A stretch of DNA of 64,000 bases, taken from assembly GCA_905178155.1 (NCBI GenBank), contig CAJINV010000014.1, forward strand, positions 1,691,984 through 1,755,983, written 5' to 3'. How positions within the stretch are numbered: the stretch's first letter is position 1; the number at the start of each line of letters is the position of its first letter. The notes beneath the pieces are model-generated. The model ran no database searches. It had not been told where the DNA came from and worked only from the letters and a program-made list of their open reading frames with translations. The position numbers were made by a program, and so were the translations under genes. Origin of the DNA: Amoebophrya sp. A120 (Eukaryota > Protista > Dinoflagellata). Shown piece by piece: positions 36,802 through 48,800 of this stretch.

Positions 36802-39800
36802 TCAACGTGGCGGCCGCGGAGAGTCGTCAAACGCGAAATTTTTCTCACGCGACCATCTCTGTGGATTTCTGCCCCTTGTCCCTCCTTCCCGCCACGTCTT
36901 TCGCTGTGGTGCTCCACCTGCGATGTTGTTAGCTGCACTACTTGAAGAGCTTCTAGTTCTTCTTGTCACACGCCTCGCAGTTCCTGCATTTCGACCACGC
37001 TGGTTTCGCCTTTGGAGATGACGCAGTTGACCACTATCATGACCACCTTTTGCATTCGCTACGGCTCTCGCGTGGTGTCTGTTGAATGTAGGTGAAGTTG
37101 ATGTAGATGCGATGTTTCCGCTTTCTACCAACCGTCTCTCCACGCCCCGGTAGGCATCTTCCAGCCGCTCCACATTCCCGTACTTTTCCAAGAGCGCGCA
37201 CTTCTCCTCCCCGCCCGTTGTCCCGCCGAACATCGTGTCCAGGACGACATTCCCGCTGCACAAGGTGCTCAAGGGCCCGGAAAACCCGACGTCGTCGTAG
37301 AATTCGAGCTGTTTGGCCTTCTGCTTCCCCAAGGTAGTCTATGAGAGTGCACAACTCCCCCTCCTCCTCATTTGTCATGCAAAATTGCAAGTCCACCCTT
37401 TGTCTTGTAGCACTGTTTGCATGACAGACTCCGGAATCCAAAACAACACTGCACTCTTCTAGGAATTTGTCATGCAAGAGCTGCATCTTTGCCAGCGCTT
37501 GTGTTGCTCTTCATGCAACACAAATGAGGGGGAAGGGGAGTTGTGCACTCTCATATAGTCTCGATGTAGCTCATGTCCGTTGAGTTGTAGCACATCGTTA
37601 GCTATTCTGTGCAAAAGTGTCGTAGTCGTAGTAATGCAGTCATGCATGACAAATCCAATATTTCTACCTGAACTAGCATGACAAATTGCTTTTTTGTTCT
37701 TGAGAAAATTTGTGATGCGATTCATGCTAGTACGATACTTTTGCAATGCATATTAGCAGCGTGTTCTTCCGGGCCAGCAACTCTGTGGCGTACTGCGTTT
37801 TGCATATCCACAGGGAATTTCTCGCACACGTACAAAGACATGCGGTCTCTGCATGACAAAACTTGGCTTCAGCACTAGTTTAGCATGACAACTGTTACAC
37901 TTCAAATTGGCGAAATTTGTGATGCATCTTGTACATGTACGGGAAATTTATATTGCATATTGTACGCGTTACCGCACCACTGGTTACTAATGCTGGTCTA
38001 TCCAGTGCAAAAGTATCGCACTCGTACTAATCGCAGTCATGCATTTACAAATCTCGTTTCCAAGACAAATCAGCATGACAAATTCCGTTTGTCATGCTGG
38101 GCTAATTTGTCACGCGATTTATACTAGTACGATGCTTTTGCAATGCATATGGTCCAGGGGCTGGTGGTGCCAAACGGGTTCGACCGCTGCTCCAAATTGT
38201 ACTTCCCCGCTTGAAAGTAGATGGACGGATCCGTCGCCGATCCGGCGAAGTTATGGATTGCAAAAGCATGATCGCCATCGTAGGGGTAGAAGTTTGATTA
38301 CAGATCTTTGGCCTAATCCTAATGCAAAATTAGCACTACATATTGATGCACTTTTTCTCTCAAAGCATTGGTACTAGGACGAGGAGAGGACTTCTGCAAT
38401 GCATAGAACTGCGCGGCTCCCAATTTCGGCTCGCAGTCCTCCGGAATGTAGACGTAACACGCCCCATCTAGCAGCGTCGCGACCGTCGCGCGATCAGGCC
38501 CCCGAAAGTTGTAGTTCTGCTCTGTGAAAGCTCCTATGCAATGCAAAAGTACTTCGCATTCGTGGAAATTGCAAAAATGACAATTTTTTTTTTATTTCAC
38601 GTTGAACAAATTGTCATGTTCGAGCTGGATCTTGTAGAAAAGCAAAAGCGCTACTTTTTGCGCATGATCGCAATTAGAATTCCTACAAGCACGACATCAC
38701 CTTTGCAAGGGATAGATCCTTCGGTGACTCGGGACATGGAGTTTAGGTTGTAGAAAGTGAAATGCTATGCACTGCAAAAGTATCGTAGTCGTATGAATTG
38801 CAGCAATGCATAACAAATCTGGTTTGCTACCCGAATCTACATGACAAATTGCAGTCTTCTTCTTGAGAACATTTGTCATGCGATCTGTACGTATACCCAT
38901 ACCAGTACGATGCTTTTGCAATGCATAAATGCCTCGAAAACTCCTCCTTTTTCACCCGGACACACTCTTCGTAGCAACTGTCGTCAATCTCCGACAGCAT
39001 CTTCTCCCGGATCACGTCCGCGGACAGGGTCGTATGGGAGTGTCAGGATTGAAATCGTCAAAGTTGAAATGATTTGTCATGCATAAAATGCATGGCGCGA
39101 AGTACGTGTGTTGCAGAGCAGGCAAGTGAGGCCGATTGAAGCCTGTTTAGGGTTAGGGCTCGAGCTGCAGAAGTAGCATGAGAGAGTCAATCTTTTGTAC
39201 CTCAGCAGCATTACAAACTGGATTTAGGCACAACCAAAATTTGTCTTGCGCCACTTGGAAACTGGGGCTCAACTGGCATCCATTTTGCGCATGGCAAATT
39301 ATTTCACCTTTGACGATTTCAAACCTGACACACCCATAGGTCGCATTGGTGACGTAGTTCGTGTCGTAGTCGTGGTAACTTGTTGGGGACGTGGAGTATG
39401 CTGTGCAAAAGTATCGCACTCGTACTAATTGCAAATATGCATGACAAATCTCCCTCCCAAGGTAAAACAGCATTACAAATTTCACTTTTCTTCTTGCCAA
39501 AACTTGTAATGCAATTTATACTAGTACGTTACTTTTGCAATACATATGGCGACTGTGGCGGCCATGGTCGTCTTTTGCGGGATCGACATGCCGGCGTCGA
39601 GCTCGAACAGTCTCTGTAAATGGTATTCCCCGGTGAAGGCCGCTTTCTCGTACTCGTCTACAAGTTTCGAATTCAGTTCCGGCACGGCGAAACTGGTGGG
39701 GGAGAGAATGCAGTAAAACAACTCGCGGTCGTCTGGAAGGAAATCCGTATCATAGTCCACTGCGTTGTTATTTATCGTCGTGACCGCCGGGTCCGTCGCG

Positions 39801-42800
39801 ATCGCCTGGCATTTCGTGAAATCCGGCTCGTTCGCGGGGAGGGTCAGCTTCGCGAGTCTCTGCACGTCCGAGATTAATCTTTTCTGCGTGTACAGCGTTG
39901 GGTCGGTGGCGGAGGGAGTAGGAAGGACGCTCTGTGTGCGGTGAGAACAAACAAGGTCGAGTTTCTCTTTCTTGTTGCTCCAGAAAGTAGCGCTTGATAT
40001 CTTGCTTTGCAACAAATGCGTGCACTAACCTGCTCGGTATCAGGGATACAATCACCATCAAGGCCGACGACGTAAAAATCACACATCACAAGTTGTCAAA
40101 GTCATATACCGCACGTAGAGAAATAAAAACAGATCGAAATCACGCGGGTCGTGGGGGGGTAAGTGTACGAGATGAGGATCATGAAGTAATAAAGCAGAAA
40201 AAACCATAAAAAAATTATACCGTATGCCGCATGCAGGTGGCTAATTTTCCCGCCGTGACCAGTCTTTCCGCGTCGGCAGCGCTGTTCGCGAACTGATTCC
40301 CGCCTCGTCCAAAAAACAAATTTGTGTACTCGTCGTACGTCTGGCGGTAGAGCTGTAAGAAATCGTAGACTGCAAGTTTTGTCTTTGCCGGCAAATCCAT
40401 GTTGGACAACTTTACCAAGTCCGCTTCCGTCACAGCTGCGTCGGTTTTCACAAAGTTTTCCACCTTCGTACTGATCGTGGCATCGGGTAAAGAGTGGGCG
40501 GAGACCTGGTGATGAAACGATTCAATTCTGGACAAATTTGCAATCACGAACAAGCGAACACGAACAGGTCGATATGCGTAAGTACGCCACCTCGATATCA
40601 ATCTTACGTCTCAGGCGCGAACCCTGTTCTTCAGAAGTTAGAGATACCTGCTCTGTCTGATAGTTGGAGTATCTGCAGGAAGGTAAAGTAATACAGACGT
40701 GTTGTACCTGCAGCTTCCTCCCCCAAAAATCCACAACTTCTTCTCCTTCACGACCTTCGCTTGATGCAACACCCCGCTCCAGCAACTCCCGGATCCTGGT
40801 AAAGGAAAACGCAGCTTGCACCTGGTCCATCGCGCATTTCTGCGCCGCTTTCAGCACCACTTGTTCCACCCTTTGTTTCATCTTGGCGACCAGTTTCGCG
40901 CGGAGGCAGAAGTCGCTGTACGACAGCTGCTGCAGCAAATTGCTGTCCGGCATCAAATCGTTGTCCACGTCCTGCATCAGCGTCAAATCCGACGGGTGCT
41001 CGGTTTCTGCGCTGTACTGGTCGCAATTCGCGTACCCGAGGCCAACTTCGAGCATGTCCTTCACCGGTACGTCGAGACATTGATCGTTGTTCCGATCCAG
41101 CGTTTGAAACAATTTCGCTAGGCTCTCCGTGTTCAATAGTTCCTGCATTAGAGGAAGTTGCTTAAAAGGGTTTGAGTACTGGGAACTACTCGCAGGAAGG
41201 GAGGAAGACTCTGAACTTCCTCCGCCGACCAACTCCTTCAAAGGTTCCACCACCGCCTCAAAAAACTGCTTCCCCTCCGTGACCGACATGATCCCGCTGC
41301 CTAAATTCGTCGAAATTAACCCCGCGTTCCTATTGTACGCCCGGAGTTGCTTCTTCAGATCTCCTGCTTGCTTGTTCACAATTTGGTACTTCAGCGAGCT
41401 GATCCCCTTCTCGACCGTCTCAACTGCCTTTGGGACCACGAGGGTTTGAAAATTATCCACAAACTCATCCTTCGACAATTGCCAGGGTAAGCAGCCGGTG
41501 CGGAGCAGCTTCACATCGTTTTTATTGCTTAGCTCAAACCCGACGGGTAACAGCTCGACGTTGGTCGCTTCGTGCAGCCCGGAGGTACCACCAGTGATGG
41601 ACTGGACGAGGGAGACTTTGGACAGAGAGTCCGCCGCCTTCGCGGAGAGTAAACCGTTGCTGCCCTGGAGCGAGCGCAAGGAGCTCCTGCTGTCCGGGTT
41701 GTATGGCTGAATGCTGGAGCTGCTGATCCTGTCCTCGCTATTCCGGGCAGCAGCGTCGACTACATCCTTTGGCTTTGCTGGTGCACTTATTGGTGGGGAT
41801 GAAAGTGTAGTCTCGACCGCAGCTTGTGTATGTGTGGCGAGCCCGCTCATGCTTGTTCGCCAATTCACACCGGGGAACGGCTTTGCTGACGCGCCGGCGC
41901 GACTTGTCTGACTACTTCCACTGCTTTTCATGGAGGCCACGACCTGCGAAATTGACCTCTTCTCTGTTTCACCCCCCGCGGCACCAAAACTGTTCCACCT
42001 GGATCTTTGCGCTTGCAACAAGTGCCTGACGCGGTGGAAGTTCGGAATCAGATCCACACTCGATCCGCCTACCACCTCGCCTTCTGCCGTTTGCTCCAAT
42101 CCGATGTCATCCGCGGACAGGAATGGGTTGTAGGCGGGAGACGAACCGCCCGCCTCCGCTAATATTCCGGGCGAAAAAACCGACTCACTCTCGCTGTTCT
42201 TCGGCACACACCCCGCACCGTCGATTTTGTAGGCGACCGGGGAGGAAATGGACAAAGAAGTGCTGTCGCTTCCACCACTCCCGCACCTCCTGTGGGCGGC
42301 ATGCAGTGGATCCTTGGCTAGCATCAGCAACCCGAGGATCGTTTTCACGACCAGAGCCTTGTGTTCCTCCGACACACTGGCGTCGAAGCTGTACCCGTAC
42401 GGCTTGTACGACTCGTTGTAGTAAAGTTTCGTCAGTTTCGCAGCAGCGTCGTCGTTTTCCAGCGCCGTTTCCGCGGCGGAGAGAGGCCCGCTTGCGGCTA
42501 AAACGGTTGTCGTGTCCTTGATCAAATTTTCCAAAAAGCTTTTCTCGTCCTGGTTGTAATGTGGGTTCAATGTTTGCTATGCAATACAAATTTCCCGTAC
42601 ACGACGTACAAGATGCATCACATCAAATTTCACCAATTTGAAGTTTAAAACTTGTCATGCTAAACTAGGAAATCGGAGCCAACTTTTGCCATGCAGAGAC
42701 CGCACTTGTACGTGTACGGGAAATTTCATGTGGATATTTGCGCCTGCTGATGTGCCGTGTAGTTCATTACTCCATATGCTTCGACGGTTTCCGTGTATTT

Positions 42801-45800
42801 TCCGTGGTCCTTCACCGCATTTTGTTTCAATTTTTCCATCAACTCCTTGAGCTCCCGAATGAAGTCGAGCTGGATGAGGTTTACAGAGGTGGCGGAAGTT
42901 TGTGCCGTGACAGTGGCGTTAAACATCTGGTACAGCATGTCCGCGGTGATTACAGCATATGAAACCTCAGAATTGAAATCCTCAAAGCCGAAATGATTTG
43001 TGATGCATGAAATGCGACGCAAAAAAAACTGTATTGCAGAGGACGCAATGGAGGCCGACTATTGTCCTGCTAGGGGCGAAGAATTGAGGCGCTGCTTAGC
43101 ACGACAGAAGGGAACCCCTTTGCCTTAATCTGCATGACAAACATGCTTTAAGTGTCCGGGAAATTTGTCGTGCGCTGACCACAAATGGCGCTTCAACTGG
43201 CATCGTTTTTTTGCATTACAAATCATTTCGACTCTGAGGATTTCCATTCTGAGGCTTTCATACAGCACTCGAGCCGCTTCCGTCGAAGCTCGTGCTCCGC
43301 ACGTGCGTGGTCGCGTGGATCACCGCGTCGTCACTAATTCGGAATTCTGCGTTGCTGGACTGCGTCGTTGGGACGGCGGTGTGCCCGCCCGCGGCGCCCG
43401 TGGAGGCGGAGTTCGTCATGAAGTTTCCCCGGTAGGTCGTGAGGATCAACTTATGGCGTTCTCAAACGTTACATTCTCAACTGTTACATGATTTGTCATG
43501 CAAAATGACCATGAGCCGCAAGACAATCAAGCTGCTTCGCATGACAAATTGTCGAAGGGCTAAATAGCATCTAAATCCATGCCAAAATTTGTGATGCAAG
43601 ACTTGCAAGCTTGCCCCTTTCCGTATTGCTGTTTTTGCATGACAAATTCATGTAACAGTTGAGAATGTAACAGTTGAGAGCGCCATACAACTCCGTCAGC
43701 GCTTGGAGATTCCTCGCCTTGTCGAGAGATTCCTCGTACTGCTGGTCGGTAAGCATGGCGAGTCTGTCTTGCTGCAGTGCCGCGTTGCTGCCGGTCAGCG
43801 GTTCATCTGGTCGTGGGGGATTTTCATCTCCAGATGTGGCTGCGTTACTCGCAAGAACTGGTGATAATTCATCTGCACGAGCACCATACAGTTCCCTACT
43901 TGTCCCGCCGAGAGTACTCGTTTGAAACTTCTCTTCGAACAGCTTCATGCAGTCTTTCTTCCCCAAATTCTTCAGCATTCCCATCACGCAGCAGAATGGC
44001 CCAGGCTGAATCAAACCGGTGGAACTGTCTGGCTGCATCAAATGGTAAAATTTCTTCGCGCCGAGCCTTTCTAGATCGTCAGAGGCGAGGAGAAGAGAAG
44101 AGGAAATTGGAGTTGATGCACCAGGATTCTGCTCCTCTTCCTCTCCGAGCACTGCCTCCACGAGACCACACGTCTTCACGTCGGTCATCGCGGTGGAATC
44201 AAGGCAGGCGGATTGGTAGTCTTTCAGCATTGGCCCCGTCAAAACCTGGTTCCCAATACCACTCGTGCTGGGCTGCAGCAATTTCGAGTTCAAAACCGTA
44301 TCAATCACGTTGTTTTTCGTCTCGAAGTCGATGAGTTTTGCTCTTTCCTCCAGCATTTCGCTACTCGACTTCCCTGTTGTTTCCGAACCGGTGAGATGCG
44401 AGTTCGAGTTACTTGCTTCCAAAACTAATTTCTCGTGGAAGTCCATGGGGATGATCTCCTTCGTTAAATCGGCCTTCATTTGCAACAGATCCGGAACGCA
44501 GAACATGTTTTTCATGAGCAATTCCTCGTAAGCGAGCCTGATATCCACGTGCAACAAGTCCAAGTCGGGCAATTGCGTCTCTGGCATCTGCTTGTTCTTC
44601 ATATCCTTGAAGGCAGCGGTGATGGAATCCGAAATGATCTGTTGTTGCGCGGTACAGCTCGGCAGGGAGGTAGACCGGGAGACCTCGCAGGAAAAATCGA
44701 GCAGTGGGATTCCCATTTGGATTGACAATGACCGGGAGGTGGACTTAGAAGATGGCTGTGCTTGATGTTCTTCAACAAGAACGCGATCATCTTCGTTCCT
44801 TCCAATCAATTCTCGTCCCGGTCCCGTGCTCCCCTTCCACAGCATCCTGCCTGAATTTATCCGATACAATTCGTTTTGCAAGTTTCCAAAATCGAAGCAG
44901 CTCGGGCAAACCTCCTCGAACTTCTGATTTTCAACCTTACTTGATCGTAGACCCGAGATTTCCGTCAACGCTAGCCCCCCGACACAGTTGCTCCCGTCGG
45001 AAGCTTGGCAGTCGCAGACATCCGCCAAATGGTCGCCGCATTTCGTCTCGAGTAGCGCTGTCACGTTGAACCCTGGCGAGGGGGTCTGCTCGAGATAGGC
45101 TGAGCCAGTGGTGTTCACGTAGTGGATCGCTTGGAGTTCCCGCTGGGCTGCAGCTGCGGCGGCGGCTCCTGCTGCGTAATTGGTGTTGACAGCAGCAGGT
45201 GGAGAAGCAGCTTTTGATGTCGTTATTACTCTGCTGTTGTTTTCGTGGTCCACGTTCCTCCCCAAAGATGATGATGAACTAAGTGCTGCCTCCGCCACGC
45301 CACCAGGCGCGCCTGCAGTGTTGGTCATCAAAATCCTGCTCAAATTCTCCTTAAACACTCTCCGCAAGGTTCTCTTCCGGTGCTTTTCTTGCCCGATGAT
45401 TCTGTGCAGGACTTCTTTCTTGTCCTGGTCGGTGAGTAGTTTCCTTGTGTTTCGGTTAATATCCTTCCGCAACTCCAACAACTGTCGACTCACTGTTTGA
45501 CTTTCGTCTTTTGCCAGAGAACTTTCCTCCATCGACTGCTTTGCTTCCTTCACTGATTCGTACATTTTGATCACTTCTTCGTGACACTCTGCCTTTCGCT
45601 TCAAACAGGGGCAGTGTTTCAGAATCTCCGCCCCGGCGTCCCCAAGACACACATTTTCGTACGAAGCAACATTCGTTGAGTGCGATTTCAAGCACCCACA
45701 CTCCTCAATGCACCCCGGTCCAGGCTGGTTCGCGATCAAATTCAAAAACAGTACCGAATTCTGTTTGTACCCCGCTTTCAAGTAGTTCGCACTGTCGTTC

Positions 45801-48800
45801 TCGAGCGAAGTGGAAAGAGGTAACAGCTTCTCTTGCAATGGTAGTTGCTTGCAGCTGAGGGGTGCTTTTGTTGTGGATAGTATCACCTTGTTGAAGAACT
45901 GCAGTACAGACAACTGGTTCAACGCCCCGAAACCCCCGGATTGGTGCTTCACGACAAATCTTCCGTCAGCGTTCTTCACCACGCCCTGCGTCTGCCGCGA
46001 AAACGGGTGATCGAGCAAAGCGATGTTCAAGCTCGGTCCGGTGTCGATTGTCAACGTCACCCCCGCCGCCTGTGCGGCTAACTGCGCGGACAAAGAGGGC
46101 GGCGTTGTGGTGGTTGTTGGTGTTGGGGTCACGCACCAGTCGAGATCCCCGTGCACTTTTTTGATCCTCGCCTGCGGGTCGAACTGCAACAGTTGCTCCG
46201 CCTCGATCGGACTCGTGACTTCGTAGAACTGGCAGCCGGTGAGAAAGCGCTCGTAGTTGCGGACACTGGTATGCTATCCTGTGCAAAAGTATCGCACTCG
46301 TAGTAATCGCAGTCATGCATTACAAATCTCGATCCCAAGGCAAAACAGCATGACAAACTCCATTTCTCATGCTGATTAAATTTGTCATGCGATTTCTACT
46401 AGTACGATACTTTTGCAATGCATATATGCTTCAAGTGCGGCCCGGTGGAGGTCATGGCGACGTTAGAGGCCGGGCTGAGAACCGAAACGTCGAGGTGCTT
46501 TTTCGGTTCCGTCACGCTCTGCAGATTTCTAGTACTGTCGGAGGAGGTACTAGCTGTGAAGACCTGCTGCGAATTATGCAGCAGTGACTGAGAAGATTCC
46601 GGCGCTTCTGCCCCTCCTGCAGGAGCCATTTGCTCCTCCTCTAGCGTAGTTTTTGTCCGTTCAATTACAGCTGCGTCCTCCTCTCGTTCCTCTAATCTTC
46701 GGACGCGGTGCGTCAGCTGCGCTGCTTGTTCGTGCAGCTGCAGCATAGCGTCGTCGAGGATAGTGTCTACCTCGAAATCCGACTTGCCGAAGTACGTTTT
46801 GAGACAATACCTCACTTCCGGTTCCATCAAAACCTGGTCGTCCACGTGGTCGGAGAGGAAGCGAAGAGAAGCTTGGTCCTCGGCTCTGTCATGCGGTACT
46901 GCTCCGACATTTCCATTTGAACTTGATGAAGAGAAAGAGTCTATATGTGACAAGGACGAGTCCACCTGTCCCTGCGCAGCAGTTTCGAGTAACAACATTT
47001 CCGCTTCTACATTTTCTCTCGAATCCAAGAAACGCTCCGCGGTGCTGGAGGTCGCCCCAGTGGCAAAACTGCCACTGCCGTTGTCCTGCTCAACATAGTT
47101 GTTCATACTCTCGGCCAGAATCCGCATTACGGACTTGATTCTTTGCCTCCGCTGCTTCTTGACGAAAGGTACATGAAGACTATCAGCAGCAGCTTCATGT
47201 TGACCACGAGCTTCTAGAGCTCGAGCTCCTCGTCCTGCGGTGGCATTATCGTTCCGGCCACTGGTCGTCTTTCCAATCAACTTCCTCGCTTTCCTTCTCA
47301 TCAGTAACCTCCTCAGGCTGTGTGTCGCGTACCTCACAGGACTCGGGATCGAACCCATCGTCCGGCCGTCGAAGTTGCAGGCCCACGCCACGGTCAAAAA
47401 CTCCCCAGCAGTGTATTTCTCTAATGCGGTTTCCGCAGCGGTGTCGATCGCGTACGGCTGTAAAATTTGCGTCAGTTCGACCACACTACTTAGCGACAAG
47501 CTGAATACCTTCTTCACCAAAAGCAAGTCGTTTTGTCGCAACTTCTCATCCGCCGCACTGCTCGTGGGGCAGTCGAGATTCAAGATGGTTAAAACCTTCT
47601 TCGCCTCGTGCAGAAAGGCGGAAAAGTCCTCCATTCTGCTCACCGTCCCGTCGGAAAACGCTTTGCGGGCTAGGGCCATTAGCTGGCTGTCGTCTTGCTT
47701 CGTGACTTGGGAAGCATGGGGGAAGGGATTGTTACTCGCTGCCTTCATTTTCGTGACCATTTCGGTTCCTTGGGGGACCGACATCGGGATCACCGGTGCG
47801 GGAACCATAGCTTGGAGGTTTCGTGTTGAAGACGGTGCAGAATTAGCTCGTCCTTGAGCAGTAGCTTCCGGAACTTCTGTTGGAAAATCAGCTCGGCGTG
47901 GCGAGGAAGATGCTAATAAACCAGCAGCCTGCTCCTGCTCCGGCGCATCATGCTGTCGACTTTGCTCCACAACGGCCTCTGATGTTCTTCTCCTTTCCCT
48001 TCTATTCGCACTGCAGCCGGACTCGAAATTTCTGTTCCGCAGCGCTTCTACCAGGGGCGCTGTAAATTCCAATTGCTCTAAGCACTGATCGTTGTTCACG
48101 TCCTTCAAGTTGTACAAAACTCCGCAGACATTCCCGGATGAACTCTCGCCCTCCACCGTAAACCCGCCACTGCTGATGTACAGTGCGCAAAACTCCGACT
48201 CTTTCATACACCCAGTCGTCCCGCAGGTGCTGCTCTTCGAGCATGCAGACTCAAATTGTTCGTACATGCTATTCGAAGTTGTATCCGCCGAGCTGGAAGT
48301 TGAATAGGACAGACACTCTGCGGCTGTCACTTTCTCGTCGTTATTGACGTTCATCGCGGCGAAGACGGCCTTCTGAGACTCGAAACTCAAACTCGTGGTG
48401 GTACTGCTGATTTGGGTCGGCGATGTGATGTACGCGGAAGTGAAGAAAGGACACGAGGCTGAGGCTCCTGCTGAATAGATACCTCCGTCAGCAGCTACCC
48501 CGGCAGACGCAGCTACAGAAGGCGCTGCTATTTCCACTGGTATGATCCCGGTATCCATTTGAAATATCCTCACGAATTCCTGCTCTGATATGTAGCCATT
48601 CCGGTCCAAATCTACCAATTTCAAAATCTTCCGCTTCACCATCCGCTCCCCGTACAAATCGCTCATCACGGTCTCTTTCAACATCGTCTTTTCCTTCAAA
48701 ACTTTCATCATGACGTCGATGTGGATCTGCGTTTTGTAGAGGTAGTTGGTCCTGTGCAAAAGCTCCTTGATGTTTAAAAGGTCTAATGTGTTGGAGGTCG

